DNA of 60,000 bases, taken from assembly GCA_038087875.1 (NCBI GenBank), contig CM075993.1:1056001-1116000 (forward strand), in the 5' to 3' direction. Made by a program: the position numbers and the translations under genes. Position 1 is the first letter of the stretch, and every line of letters starts with the position of its first letter. The stretch is from Malacoraja senta (lineage: Eukaryota). The notes under the pieces were generated by a model that did no database searches, was not told where the DNA came from, and saw nothing but the letters and a program-made list of their open reading frames with translations. This document shows, piece after piece, positions 26,131 to 38,611 of this stretch.

Positions 26131-27611
26131 TCTCTGCTCAAGCTCCGCTTCATTCCCCACTCTGATTCAACAGGAAATCCCCCCCTTGTTTGGCAATAAA
26201 TGGGATACATCAGAAGATGACAATATACATCGGAGGAACCCATTCCCCAATCCCGCATCTGCAGATTATTTTTGTCTTTTTCATCTCTGGCCTTTGTCCA
26301 AACATCTACCTGTTAAAACACCCTTCACCTGTATCCACCTATCACTTACACAGCATTGTCCCACCCCAACTCTCTCCCAGCTTTCTCCCCCCTACTACAA
26401 TCAGTCTGAGGAAGGGTCCCAGACATGTTGTAAATCCATGTTCTCCAGAGATGCTGGCTGACCAGTTGAGTTACTCCAGCAGTTTATGTATTTTTCTATA
26501 AACCGGCATCTGCAGTTCCTTTTTGACTCTTTCATCTCTGGCCTTTGGATCTACTGCCCTTCATTCCAAGCCGTCATGATCAAAACTGCTCTCTGGACTT
26601 GTGTAGATGCTGGTTTAACCCGAAGATAGACACAAAAAGCTGGAGTAACTCAGCGGGACAGGCAGCATCTCTGGAGAGAAGGAATGGGTGACGTTTCGAG
26701 GCGAGACCCTTCTTCAGACTGAGAGTCAGGGAAGAGGGAAACAAGAGATATAGACGATGATGAAGAGAGATATAGAACAAAGGAATGGAAGGTAACGATG
26801 ATAAAGGACTTAGGCTCTCCGGACTTGGTGATTCCCAAGGCTTGCCAGCCGATTTCTGTGAATGACTGAACTTCTAGAATGAAGAGTGTTTTTTGTCACG
26901 GAACAAAGAAATTCCTACCTGCAGCAGGACCTCAGATTGAAGAGAATGTTGCAGATTTCTGAGACCACATGTAAAATACAGTCGAGACTGACAGCCAAAA
27001 CTGGCCCATTGCTCCTAATGGTGTGTTGCTCTCCTGCTTAATTGCCCTTGTTTGTTTGAAGAAGTTTGTTGTTAGCTCCTGCAGTAATAATTACCGCCGG
27101 AAATCACAAGCAACATCTGATTTGCTTAAGTTTACTAAACCAACAGATGCTTAAAAGGCTTGCAGCAATTAGTGCTGATTGGGAATGAATTGCTGATAAT
27201 GTATTTACTGCAGCTGTGCTTTCACAGAGATTTGGTTCTCACTGTGATCTCTGCTGTTGCCCTTTCACTCAAACCCTTTTATTGCTGATTCCTTCATGAC
27301 CCATTTAACCACACAGATCAGCAGCGATGCAGAGTCATCACTATTGTGGTACACCTCACACAAGGGCACCGAGCACTCACTGGGACATTTTGTTGGAGTT
27401 TGTGTGAAATCTCCTCTTTCCAATTAATGAGACCCCTTCACAATAAGCCTCTGAACCTTCTTTCCAGATTGCACTAGAATATATTCAAATTGCAGCACAG
27501 ATGCAGTCCATTTGGCCCAACCTGTCCATGCCATCCAATTTGCCCTCAAGCACCTTTTTCTTTTGTCGGCTAAATCTGTCAGCTTTACCCTCTATCCTGT
27601 TCTCCCTTGTA

Positions 27612-28031
27612 TATATACTCACTAGAATTTAGAAGATTAAGGGGGGATCTTATAGAAATTTCTTAAGGGGTTGGACAGGCTAGATGCAGGAAGATTGTTC
27701 CCGATGTTGGGGAAGTCCAGAACAAGGGGTCACAGTTTAAGGATAAGGGGGAAATCTTTTAGGACCGAGATGAGAAAAACATTTTTCACACGGAGAGTGG
27801 TGAATCTGTGGAATTCTCTGCCACAGAAGGTAGTTGAGGCCAGTTCATTGGCTATATTTAAGAGGGAGTTAGATGTGGCCTTTGTGGCTAAAGGGATCAG
27901 GGGGTATGGAGAGAAGGCAGGTACAGGATACTGAGTTGGATGATCAGCCATGATCATATTGAATGGTGGTGCTGGATCCAAGGGCCGAATGGCCTACTCC
28001 TGAACCTATTTTCCATGTTTCTATGTTTCTA
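27612..28031 (+). mobile_element. HER1/CR1 LINE 3' end
   Basis: ORF 27671-27934 (DRLDAGRLFP...RVVNLWNSLP) followed by the 3' UTR. Confidence 0.9.
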
Positions 28032-28238
28032 TATTTGCCAAGCAATTCAAGGCTTTTAAGGTCAATTCATTGTCAATTAAGGTGCAGTGAAATACGAATT
28101 ACCACTTGAATCACTTAAATGCAGCAAATATTATTCTTCCCGTGGGGGTGAAGTCCCCATTCTCACCTTCCTGGGCAATAACGTTTCTTCTGAACTCGAG
28201 TCAAGATTGGATTGATTAATTTACAATCTAATTTTGAC

Positions 28239-28641
28239 CAAAGATCCTGAAGCAAGCAAGATAGTCCACTCGACGGAAAAGACGTAGTACGGTCACGGGC
28301 AGATTCATGGGTAATTTTCGGCCCCATTTCCGTAACCGGCTTCCGTCTCCGCACCAAAGATCCCGTAGCGGAGCAAAGATACTAGTGCGGAGACGGAAGC
28401 TGGTTACGGAAACATCCTCGTAAAAATCAAAGTTCTTTGGTAAAAATCATCTCCTCATTTTCAGAATTATAATTTATTAACACAAACTGTTCCCCCGCAA
28501 CGTTGATTGCACTGCGAGTTGGGTCGGGTCGGGTTACTGAAATGAATGAAAAAAAGGCCCACGTCCGTTCCGTTGCGTACTACACGTCAGCCCATTGCAT
28601 TTAGAAGGAGTGGTCTATCTTGCTCTACTATAGGATCTTTG
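28239..28641. mobile_element. hAT-type MITE, copy 2
   Basis: Same TIRs and interior as 5684-6078; perfect 8-bp TSD ATTTTGAC. Confidence 0.88.
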
Positions 28642-29794
28642 ATTTTGACTGCCTCTCATTCCACTCTTCCCCACAGAACATGGAACATAGGATCAAGCCC
28701 CTTGGCTCATGATATCGTTACCGAACACAGTGACAATTTGAACTGCACTAGTAAATTTGAAATGTCTCTTTGGAAGTTTAACAAGTGTTTTCTCTCCCTC
28801 ACTTTTGCCTGTTCATATCTCTTGTAAATGCCTTGTACACATTGGTATTGTGTGTGCATCCCCCATTTCACCGAGCAGTGTATTCAAGGCACCTACCACT
28901 TTGAGCAAAAAGACTTCTCAGAAAGATTCCTCTTTGAACAGTTCCCGCTCACACCTTGAAGCCATGCCCTCTAGTATTTACCACGCACCCTGGGAGAAAA
29001 ACTCTTGAGTATCTATGTCTCTCATGATTTTATAGACTTCTATCAGGTTGCCCATCAGCCTCCGGCGTTCCTGAGAAAACAATCTTAAGATTGTCTATTT
29101 TCACCTTATAGCTAATACTCTCAATACCCGCCAGCATTCTGCTGAAGAAGTTTCTGTAACCTGCTCGAGAGAGCCCAGCTATTGGCGGTTGTGCAGTGGA
29201 TGATCAGCCATGATCATATTGAATGGCGGTGCAGGCTCGAAGGGCCGAATGGCCTACTCCTGCACCTATTTTCTATGTATCTATGTATCTATGTAGATAA
29301 GCAGAAGCAGAAGAAGGGTCTTGACCCGAACCATCACCCAATTCCTCTCTCCAGAGATGCTGCCCATCCCACTGAGATACTCCAGCATTTTGTGTCTATC
29401 TTCAACATTCCGCACCCTCTCCACAGTCTCAACCATCTTCTTCTAATGTAGTGACCAGAACTGCACGCAATACCTCAAATAAGGTCTAATCATACGTAAC
29501 TGCAAGGTGAATTTCCCAACTTTTATACTCAACATGCCAACTGATGAAGGCAACATGCTGTACGCCTTCTTCACCACCCCATTTTTAGGGAGCTAAGGGC
29601 CAACACCCCAAAGTCCCTCTGTACATCAATGCTCTTAAAAGTCCTGCCATTTACTGTACCCTTCTCACATCTACCCCCAAATGTGCATCACCCCATATTT
29701 GTGCAGATTCTACTCCAGCTGCCGATTCCCACCATCTCTCTGTAGTCACTCTATCAAACCCCTTCCTTCATCATTATGATCTAAGTTGCTTATA

Positions 29795-30329
29795 GTTCAG
29801 TTTAGTTTATTGTCACGTGTACCGAGCTTTTGTTGCGTGCTATCCAGACAGTGGGAAGACAATACATGATTACAATCGAGCCGTTTATGGTGTATAGGTA
29901 CATGATGAGGGGATAATGTTTAGTGCAAGGTAAAGCCAGTAAAGTCCGATCAAGGGTAGTCCGAGGGTCACCAAAGAGGTAGATAGTAGTTCAGCACTGC
30001 TCTCTGGTTGTGGTAGGATGGTTCAGTTGCCTGATAACCGCTGGGAAAAAAACTGTCCCTGAATCTGGAGGTGTGCGTTTTCACACTTCTGTACCTTTTG
30101 CCAGATGGGATTATGCTGCTGGCCTTGCTGAGGCAGCATGAGGTATACATGGAGTCAATAGAAGGGAGAAGGGTCTGAAGAAGGGTTTCGGCCCGAAACG
30201 TTGCCTATTTCCTTCGCTCCATAGATGCTGCCTCACCCGCTGAGTTTCTCCACCATTTTTGTCTACCTTCAATAGAAGGGAGGTTGGCTTGTGTGATAGT
30301 CAGGGCTGCGTCCACAATTCGTTGCAATC
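29795..30329 (-). mobile_element. Rex1/Babar LINE 3' end (other copies at ~2420-2710, 10490-11290, 42510-42680, 51645-52263)
   Basis: PSGKRYRSVKTHTSRFRDSFFP plus the shared UTR. Confidence 0.82.
30169..30268 (+). mobile_element. ~100-bp PLE-derived hammerhead unit with TSD
   Basis: 14-bp TSD TCAATAGAAGGGAG at 30155-30168 and 30269-30282; inserted in a Rex1 tail. Confidence 0.85.
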
Positions 30330-30447
30330 TTCATCGCTGACTACTTAGTTCCAACCTAGCTTCCTCTCTTGTGGTAATGCTCCCAAGATATTCCCCATTT
30401 CGTGGTATGTACACGTCATCTTGAATGATCCAGTCTCTGATGGCTTC

Positions 30448-30717
30448 ATAGAAACATAGAAACATAGAAAATAGGTGCAGGAGTAGGCCATTCGGCCCTT
30501 CGAGCCTGCACCGCCATTCAATATGATCATGGCTGATCATCCAACTCAGTATCCTGTACCTGCCTTTTATCCGTACCCCCTGATCCCTTTAGCCACAAGG
30601 GCCACATCTAACTCCCTCTTAAATATAGCCAATGAACTGGCCTCAACTACCTTCTGTGGCAGAGAGTTCCAGAGATTCACCACTCTCTGTGTGAAAAATG
30701 TTTTTCTCATCTCGGTC
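30448..30717 (-). mobile_element. HER1/CR1 3' end
   Basis: Conserved 3' UTR with (CATAGAAA)n on the plus strand. Confidence 0.85.
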
Positions 30718-30813
30718 TCTTGACCCTATTCCAACCGATGGCATCAAATCCCTCTGAGAAGCTGAATGGAAGCCCAAGGAACTGCACATCCTCTTTCATT
30801 CAGGCACTTTTAC

Positions 30814-31163
30814 TCACACCCCGGCCACTCCCTCTTCTCCCCTCTCCCACCAGGCAAAAGGTACAGAAGTGTGAAAACGCACACCTCCAGATTCAGAGAC
30901 AGTTTCTTCCCAGCTGTTATCAGGCAACTGAACCATCCTACCACAACCAGAGAGCAGTGCTGAACTACTATCTACCTCATTGGTGACCCTCGGACTATCC
31001 TTGATCGGACTTCACTGGCTTCACCTTGCACTAAATGTTATTCCCTTTATCACGTATCTCTACACTGTGGACGGCTCGATTGTAATCATGTCTTGTCTTT
31101 CAGCCACCTGGGTAGCTCACAACAAAAGCTTTTCACTGTACATGACAATAAACTAAATTAAAC
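30814..31163 (+). mobile_element. Rex1/Babar LINE 3' end
   Basis: HPGHSLFSPLP.GKRYRSVKTHTSRFRDSFFPAVIRQLN followed by a UTR ending TGACAATAAACTAAA. Confidence 0.85.
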
Positions 31164-31511
31164 TTCCACAGCTTCTTCACTCAGCACCGAGTTCAACTAC
31201 TTTGTATCCTCCGCTCATGATTTATTTTGCAGCAGATGCAATAAATGATTCAATTTTCAACTCTTCAAGATTTATTTTGTTTCTTTGTTCCAACCCCATC
31301 TCATTTTGCCTTGACCCTTTTATTGTCTAAAGCCTGTTACCTTTAAGATATCATCCAAATCTCTCCCTATTATCCTGACTCAATACTTTCTTGACCTTGA
31401 ACCAGTTTACCATGAAGACATCCCTCCTCGAGCATAAATAAGGCCAAAATTGTAAACATTTTCTTGCACGTGAAATATCCGAAAGTTGAAATCACCTTTT
31501 TTGACATGCGA

Positions 31512-31824
31512 TTTTTAGTTTTAGAGATACAGCGCGGAAACTGGCCCTTCAGCTCACCGGGTCCACGCCGACCACCGATCCCCGCACATTAACACTATCC
31601 TACACACACTAGGGACAATTTTTTACATTTACCAATTAACCTACAAACCTGCACGTCTTTGGAGTGTGGGACGAAACCGAAGATCTCGGAGAAAACCCGC
31701 GCAGGTCACGGGGAGAACGTACAAACTCCGTACAGACAGCGCCCGTAGTCGGAATTGAACCCGGGACTGCGGCGCTGCATTCGCTGTAAGGCAGCAACTC
31801 TACCGCTGCACCACTGTGACCGCC
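31512..31824 (-). mobile_element. HE1-like SINE, full length
   Basis: Reverse-complement match to 44287-44599. Confidence 0.88.
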
Positions 31825-33119
31825 ATCATGGAATGTAAAGCAATGTGACAAGTACATGAGGGGATGTTAATAGGGTAGATGCACAGGGTCTTTTTACTCA
31901 GAGTAGGGGAATCTGGAGCCAGGGGACAAAGGTTTAATGTGAAGGGGGAAAGATTTAATAGGAACCCAAGGGGCATATTTTTCACACAGAGGGTGGTGGA
32001 GAGTTGCCAGAGGAGGAAGTTGACGCAGGTACTGTCGGAACATTTAAAAGGCAATTGGACAGGTACGTAAATAGGATAGGCTTAGACGGATATGGGCCAA
32101 ACGCAGGCAGGTATGACGTGTAGATTGGGCATCTTTGTCAGCATGAGCAAGTTGGGCTGAAGGGCCTGTTTCGATGCTGTGTGACTATGTTTTTACATGC
32201 AGGGTACGGATCATAATTGTCACAGTTTGGGTGGCACAGCACCAGAGACCCCAGGTTTGATCCAGACTACGGGTGCTGTCTGTACGGAGTTTGTACGTTC
32301 TCCCCGTTGCCCACGTGGGTTTTCTCTGAGATCTTCGGTTTCCTCCCACACTTAATTGCCTTGGTGTATGGGTAAATCGTCTCTAGTGTGTGTAGGAAGG
32401 TATTAATGTGTGGGGACCGCTGGATCCGTTGCGGACTCGGTGGGCTGAAGAGCCTGTTTCCGTGCTGTATCTCTAAAACAAAAACTGCATGTCACTGCAT
32501 CCTCACACTTCTTTGATTCAGGCTATTTACCAGATGGTTCTCCAGAGGTAGAATCGGTCAACTACTTCCGCTTTGCTTGGGAGGTTAAGCAGCACTGTAC
32601 TGATCTAATGGAGTGTTACATGTTCAGTGTCGGGGCTCACAGCCCACCTGTGGGGTTCCGAGCCACCAGTGACTGAAGATGTTATTTATATCGAAGCAGG
32701 TCTCCAGTTTCAGAAGTCAGAGGGACGTTGTTAATGTCTTGGTAATGCTGCATGCTTTTGTACTTTTCACTTTCCTGGTCACAATTGGATGGTTACAATT
32801 TAATGGACAAATTGGAATTCTCTTTTCAGTGCAACAGTCCATCGATATTCCATTTAAAACAACTTTTTCTGTCTTAATCTCGGAACAAAAGTAAGGAAAC
32901 TGTCACTGGAAACAGAGTTTGATGTAGTACTTGTACCTAAGGCCATTTTTTTTTTGTCAAGAAAGATCCTTTAGAAATTAGCTGGCATGTAAAAAGCATG
33001 TGGTGTTGCCTAAGAACATAGAAAGGTGCAGCACAGGAACCCTGCGTGGCTGGGGAGACAATGCCAGTCAGGGGTCTGTCTGCTATAAGCAAAATCTATT
33101 GAAAGAAGGTTTTACCAGA

Positions 33120-33430
33120 GAAACATAGATGCAGGAGTAGGCCATTCAGCCCTTCGAGCCAGCACCACCATTCAATATCATCATGGCTGACCATCCAAAA
33201 TCAGTACCCTGTTCCTGCTTTTTCCCCATATCCCTTGATTCTGTTAGCCCTAAGAGCTAAATCTAACTCTCTCTTGAAAACATTCAGTGAATTGGCCTCC
33301 ACTGCCTTCTGTGGCAGAGAATTCCACAGATTCACAACTCTCTGGGCGAAAATGTTTTTCCTCATCTCAGTCCTAAATGGCCGACCCCTTATTCTTAAAC
33401 CGTGAACCCTGGTTCTTGACTCCCCCAACA
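33120..33430 (-). mobile_element. HER1/CR1 LINE 3' end
   Basis: [14 protein letters not shown]...QRVVNLWNSLP plus the conserved 3' UTR on the minus strand. Confidence 0.88.
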
Positions 33431-34508
33431 AGCAAAGAGTAGGAGTAAACGGGTCCTTTTCACAATGGCAGGCAGTGACTAGTGGGGTACCGCAAGGCTC
33501 AGTGCTGGGACCCCAGCTATTTACAATATATATTAATGATCTGGATGAGGGAATTGAAGGCAATATCTCCAAGTTTGCGGATGACACTAAGCTGGGGGGC
33601 AGTGTTAGCTGTGAGGAGGATGCTAGGAGACTGCAAGGTGACTTGGATAGGCTGGGTGAGTGGGCAAATGTTTGGCAGATGCAGTATAATGTGGATAAAT
33701 GTGAGGTTATCCATTTTGGTGGCAAAAACAGGAAAGCAGACTATTATCTAAATGGTGGCCGACTAGGAAAAGGGGAGATGCAGCGAGACCTGAGTCATGG
33801 TACACCAGTCATTGAAAGTAGGCATGCAGGTGCAGCAGGCAGTGAAGAAAGCGAATGGTATGTTAGCTTTCATAGCAAAGGGATTTGAGTATAGGAGCAG
33901 GGAGGTTCTACTGCAGTTGTACAGGGTCTTAGTGAGACCACACCTGGAGTATTGCGTACAGTTTTGGTCTCCAAATCTGAGGAAGGACATTATTGCCATA
34001 GAGGGAGTGCAGAGAAGGTTCACCAGACTGATTCCTGGGATGTCAGGACTGTCTTATGAAGAAAGACTGGATAGACTTGATTTATACTCTCTAGAATTTA
34101 GGAGATTGAGAGGGGATCTTATAGAAACTTACAAACTTCTTAAGGGGTTGGACAGGCTAGATGCAGGAAGATTGCTCCCGATGTTGGGGAAGTCCAGGAC
34201 AAGGGGTCAACAGCTTAAGGATAAGGGGGAAATCCTTTAAAACCGAGATGAGAATAACTTTTTCACACAGAGAGTGGTGAATCTCTGGAACTCTCTGCCA
34301 CAGAGGGTAGTCGAGGCCAGTTCATTGGCTATATTTAAGAGGGAGTTAGATGTGGCCCTTGTGGCTAAAGGGATCAGAGGGTATGGAGAGAAGGCAGGTA
34401 CGGGATACTGAGTTGGATGATCAGCCATGATCATATTGAATGGCGGTGCAGGCTCGAAGGCCGAATGGCCTACTCCTGCACCTAATTTCTATGTTTCTAT
34501 GTTTCTAT
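33430..34508 (+). mobile_element. HER1/CR1 LINE 3' part (RT C-terminus + 3' UTR)
   Basis: [43 protein letters not shown]; (TTTCTATG)n tail. Confidence 0.93.
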
Positions 34509-34735
34509 GGGGAACATTTTTCCTGCATCAAGCCAGTCCAATCCCTTAAGAATTGTATATGTTTCTGTAAGATCCCCTCTCAACCTTCTAAATTCCAGTG
34601 AATACAAGCCCAGTCGCCCCATTCTCTCATCATATGTCAGTCCCGCCATTCCGGGAATTAACCTGGTGGACCTACGCTGCACTCCCTCAATAGCAGAATG
34701 TCCCTCCTCAAATTAGGAGACCAAACTGCACACAA
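34509..34735 (-). mobile_element. CR1/HER1 internal RT fragment
   Basis: QRRSTRLIPGM...RLRGDLTETY. Confidence 0.85.
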
Positions 34736-35448
34736 TCTATATGTACTATTTTAATAATATGTTAATTTTTAACATGTGTTCATTTTATACTTTTTAGTTA
34801 TAAGTTTATTAAATTAGAACTTGATTGGTCACAAAATCAAAACAGAAGAGGGGGTATAGTGATAGAAAAAACGTGTTGGTCAGTGTAGCTTGATTTTTAC
34901 TGGATAAGCATTTTTGTCAATCAATGGGTGGCCAAATTGTCCATGCCGAGCCCCAACTACACATGTCCCACCTGCCCGCATCTAGCCCACATCCCTCTAA
35001 ATCTTTCCTGTCCATGTATCTGTCCAAGAGTCTTTTAAATGTTATCGATCCATACACCCACCACCCTCTAGGTGAAAAAGCTGCCCCTCAGGTTCCTATT
35101 AAATCTTTTCCCTTTCACTTTAAACCTATATTCTCCGGTTCTTGATTCCCATTGATTCATTGAAACCAATGAAAGGGGAAGAGTAATCACCGTTGGAGTG
35201 GAGTGAAGTAAGTAAGTAAGTAAGTTTATTGGCCAAGTATTCACATACAAGGAATTTGCCTTGGTGCTCCGCCCACAAGTAACAACATGACATACAGTGA
35301 CAGGTACGAATGACTCAGAAAACACTAAACATTAATAATAATAAAACATTAATGCTAAAACACCATTGATCAAGCATGTGAACCAACAAAATACCAGATC
35401 AAAGGGAGGCTACAGATTTTTGGCTGTTGAGTAGAGCAACTACTCGTG

Positions 35449-35574
35449 GATCATTGGGACCTCTTTTGGGGAAGGTGTGACCTGTACAGAAAGGACGGGT
35501 TGCACTTGAACCCGAGGGGAACCAATATCCTGGCGGGGAGATTTGCAAAGGCTACTGGGGAGACTTTAAACTAG
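35449..35574 (+). pseudogene. CR1 ORF1 C-terminus (SGNH/GDSL esterase-like)
   Basis: Translates as DHWDLFWGRCDLYRKDGLHLNPRGTNILAGRFAKATGETLN*. DGLHL is the esterase catalytic block typical of CR1 ORF1. Confidence 0.85.
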
Positions 35575-35579
35575 AACGG

Positions 35580-38500
35580 TTGGGGGGAGGGACTCAAATA
35601 GAGAAAGATAGTAGAAACTGTGGGAGGCAGGAGGCAGAGAAGGGAAGCACTCAGACCCAAAATGTAGGGGAGAAAGAAGAAAAAGTTAATAAACAGAGAA
35701 TAAGAGGTGGTGGGTTTCTTAAATGTGTATATTTTAATGCTAGGAGCATTGTAAGAAAGGTGGATGAGCTTAGAGTCTGGATTGACACCTGGAAGTATGA
35801 TGTTGTGGCGATCAGTGAAACATGGTTGCAGGAGGGCTGTGATTGGAAACTAAATATTCCAGGATTTTGTTGCTTCAGGGGTGATAGAATTGGAGGGGCA
35901 AGAGGTGGGGGTGTTGCATTGCTTGTCAAGGAAGATATTACAGCAGTGCTTTGGCAGGATAGATTAGAGGGCTCGTCTAGGGAGGCTATTTGGGTGGAGC
36001 TGAGAAATGGGAAAGGTGTAGCAACACTTATAGGGGTGTATTATAGACCGCCAAATGGGGAGCGAGAATTGGAAGAGCAAATATGTAAGGAGATAGCAGA
36101 TATTAGTAGTAAGCACAAGGTAGTGATTGTGGGAGATTTCAATTTTCCACACATAGACTGGGAAACACATTCTGTAAAAGGGCTGGATGGTTTGGAGTTT
36201 GTAAAATGTGTGCAGGATAGTTTTTTGCAGCAATACATAGAGGTACCTACTAGAGAAGGGGCAGTGCTGGACCTCCTGTTAGGAAATGAGACAGGGCAGG
36301 TGGCGGAGGTAAGCGTCGGGGAGCACTTCGGGTCCAGTGATCACAATACCATTAGTTTCAATATAATTATGGAGAGGGTCAGAACTGGACCTAGGGTTGA
36401 GATTTTTGATTGGAGAAAGGCTAACTTTGAGGAGATGCGAAAGGATTTAAAAGGAGTGAATTGGGACATGTTGTTTTATGGGAAAGATGTAGAAGAGAAA
36501 TGGAGGACATTTAAAGTTGAAATTTTAAGAGTACAGAATCTTTATGTCCCTGTTCGGTTGAAAGGAAATAGTAAAAATTGGAAAGAGCCATGGTTTTCAA
36601 GGGAAATTGGACACGGTTCGGAAAAAGAGAGAGATCTATAATAATTATAGGCAGCATGGAGTAAATGAGGTGCTTGAGGAGTATAAAGAATGTAAAAAGA
36701 ATATTAAGAAAGAAATTAGAAAAATCTAAAAGAAGATATGAGGTTGCTTTGGCAAGTAAGGTGAAAGTAAATCCAAAGGGTTTCTACAGCTATATTAATA
36801 GCAAAAGGATAACAAGGAATAAAATTGGTCCATTAGAGAGTCAGAGTGGACAGCTATCTGCAGAGCCAAAAGAGATGGGGGAGATATTGAACAATTTCTT
36901 TTCTTCGGTATTCACCAAGGAGAAGGATATGGAATTATGTGAGGTAAGGGAAACAAGCAGAGTAGCAATGGAAACTATGAGATTCAAAGAAGAGGAGGTG
37001 CGGACACGTTTGAAAAATATGAAAACGGATAAGTCTCCAGGTCCTGACAGGATATTCCCGAGGACATTGAGGGAAGTTAGTGTAGAAATAGCAGGGGCTA
37101 TGACAGAAATATTTCAAATGTCATTAGAAACGGGAATAGTGCCAGAGGATTGGCGTACTGCGCATGTTGTTCCGTTGTTTAAAAAGGGTTCTAAGAGTAA
37201 ACCTAGCAATTATAGACCTGTTAGTTTGACGTCAGTTGTAGGCAAATTAATGGAAAGGATACTTAGAGATAATATATATAAGCATCTGGATAAACAGGGT
37301 CTGATTAGGAACAGTCAACATGGATTTGTGCCTGGAAGGTCATGTTTGACTAATCTTCTAGAATTTTTCGAAGAGGTTACTAGGGAAATTGATGAGGGTA
37401 AAGCAGTGGATGTTGTCTATATGGACTTCAGTAAGGCCTTTGACAAGGTTCCTCATGGAAGGTTGGTTAAGAAGATTAAATTGTTGGGTATTAATGGTGG
37501 AGTAGCAAGATGGATTCAACAGTGGCTGAATGGGAGATGCCAGAGAGTAATGGTGGATGGCTGTTTGTCAGGTTGGAGGCCAGTGACTTGTGGGGTGCCT
37601 CAGGGGTCTGTGTCGGGTCCACTGTTGTTTGTCATGTACATCAATGATCTGGATGATGGTGTGGAAAATTGGATTAGTAAGTATGCAGATGACACTAAGA
37701 TAGGTGGTGTGGTGGATAATTAAGTAGATTTTCAAAGTCTACAGAGAGATTTAGGCCATTTGGAAGAGTGGGCTGAAAGATGGCAGATGGAGTTTGATGC
37801 TGATAAATGTGAGGTACTACATCTCGGCAGGACAAATCAAAATAGGACGTACATGGTAAACGGTAGAGAATTGAGGAATGCAGTTGAACAGAGGGATCTA
37901 GGAATAACGAAGGTACACAAAAAATGCTGGAGAAACTCAGCGGGTGCAGCAGCATCTATGGAGCGAAGGAAATAGGTAACGTTTCGGGCCGAAACCCTTC
38001 TTCAGATCTTGGAATAACTGTGCATAGTTCCCTGAAGGTGGAATCTCATGTAGATAGGGTGGTAAAGAAAGCTTTTGGGGTGCTGGCCTTTATAAATCAG
38101 AGCATTGAATATAGAAGTTGGGATGTAATGTTAAAATTGTACAAGGCATTGGTGAGGCCAATTCTGGAGTATGGAGTACAATTTTGGTCGCCTAATTATA
38201 GGAAGGATGTCAACAAAACAGAGAGAGTACAGAGGAGATTTACTAGAATGTTGCCTGGGTTTCAGCAACTAAGTTACAGAGAAAGGTTGAACAAATTAGG
38301 TCTATTCTTTGGAGCGCAGAAGGTTAAGAGGGGACTTGATAGAGGTCTTTAAAATTATGAGCGGGTTAGACAGAGTTGACGTGGATAAGCTTTTCCCATT
38401 GAGAGTAGGGAAGATTCAAACAAGGGGACATGACTTGAGAATTAAGGGACAGAAGTTTAGGGGGAACATTAGGGGGAACTTCTTTACTCAGAGAGTGGTA

Positions 38501-38611
38501 GCTGTGTGGAATGAGCTTCCAGTGGAAGTGGTGGAGGCTGGTTCGATTTTATCCTTTAAAATAGATTGGATGGGTATATGGACGGGAAAGGAATGGAGGG
38601 TTATGGTCTGA
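35580..38611 (+). pseudogene. CR1 ORF2 (APE endonuclease + reverse transcriptase), broken by frameshifts, a stop and an insertion
   Basis: ORF pieces 35580-36641 (YFNARS, SETWL, YYRPP, GDFN, LDL, SDH), 36665-37723 (KSPGPD, NYRPVSLTS, QHGF, DFSKAFDKV, GVPQGS, YADD) and 37760-38611. Confidence 0.93.
37909..38004 (-). mobile_element. ~96-bp PLE-derived hammerhead unit inside CR1 ORF2
   Basis: 14-bp TSD GATCT(A/T)GGAATAAC; the CR1 reading frame resumes after the insert. Confidence 0.85.
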
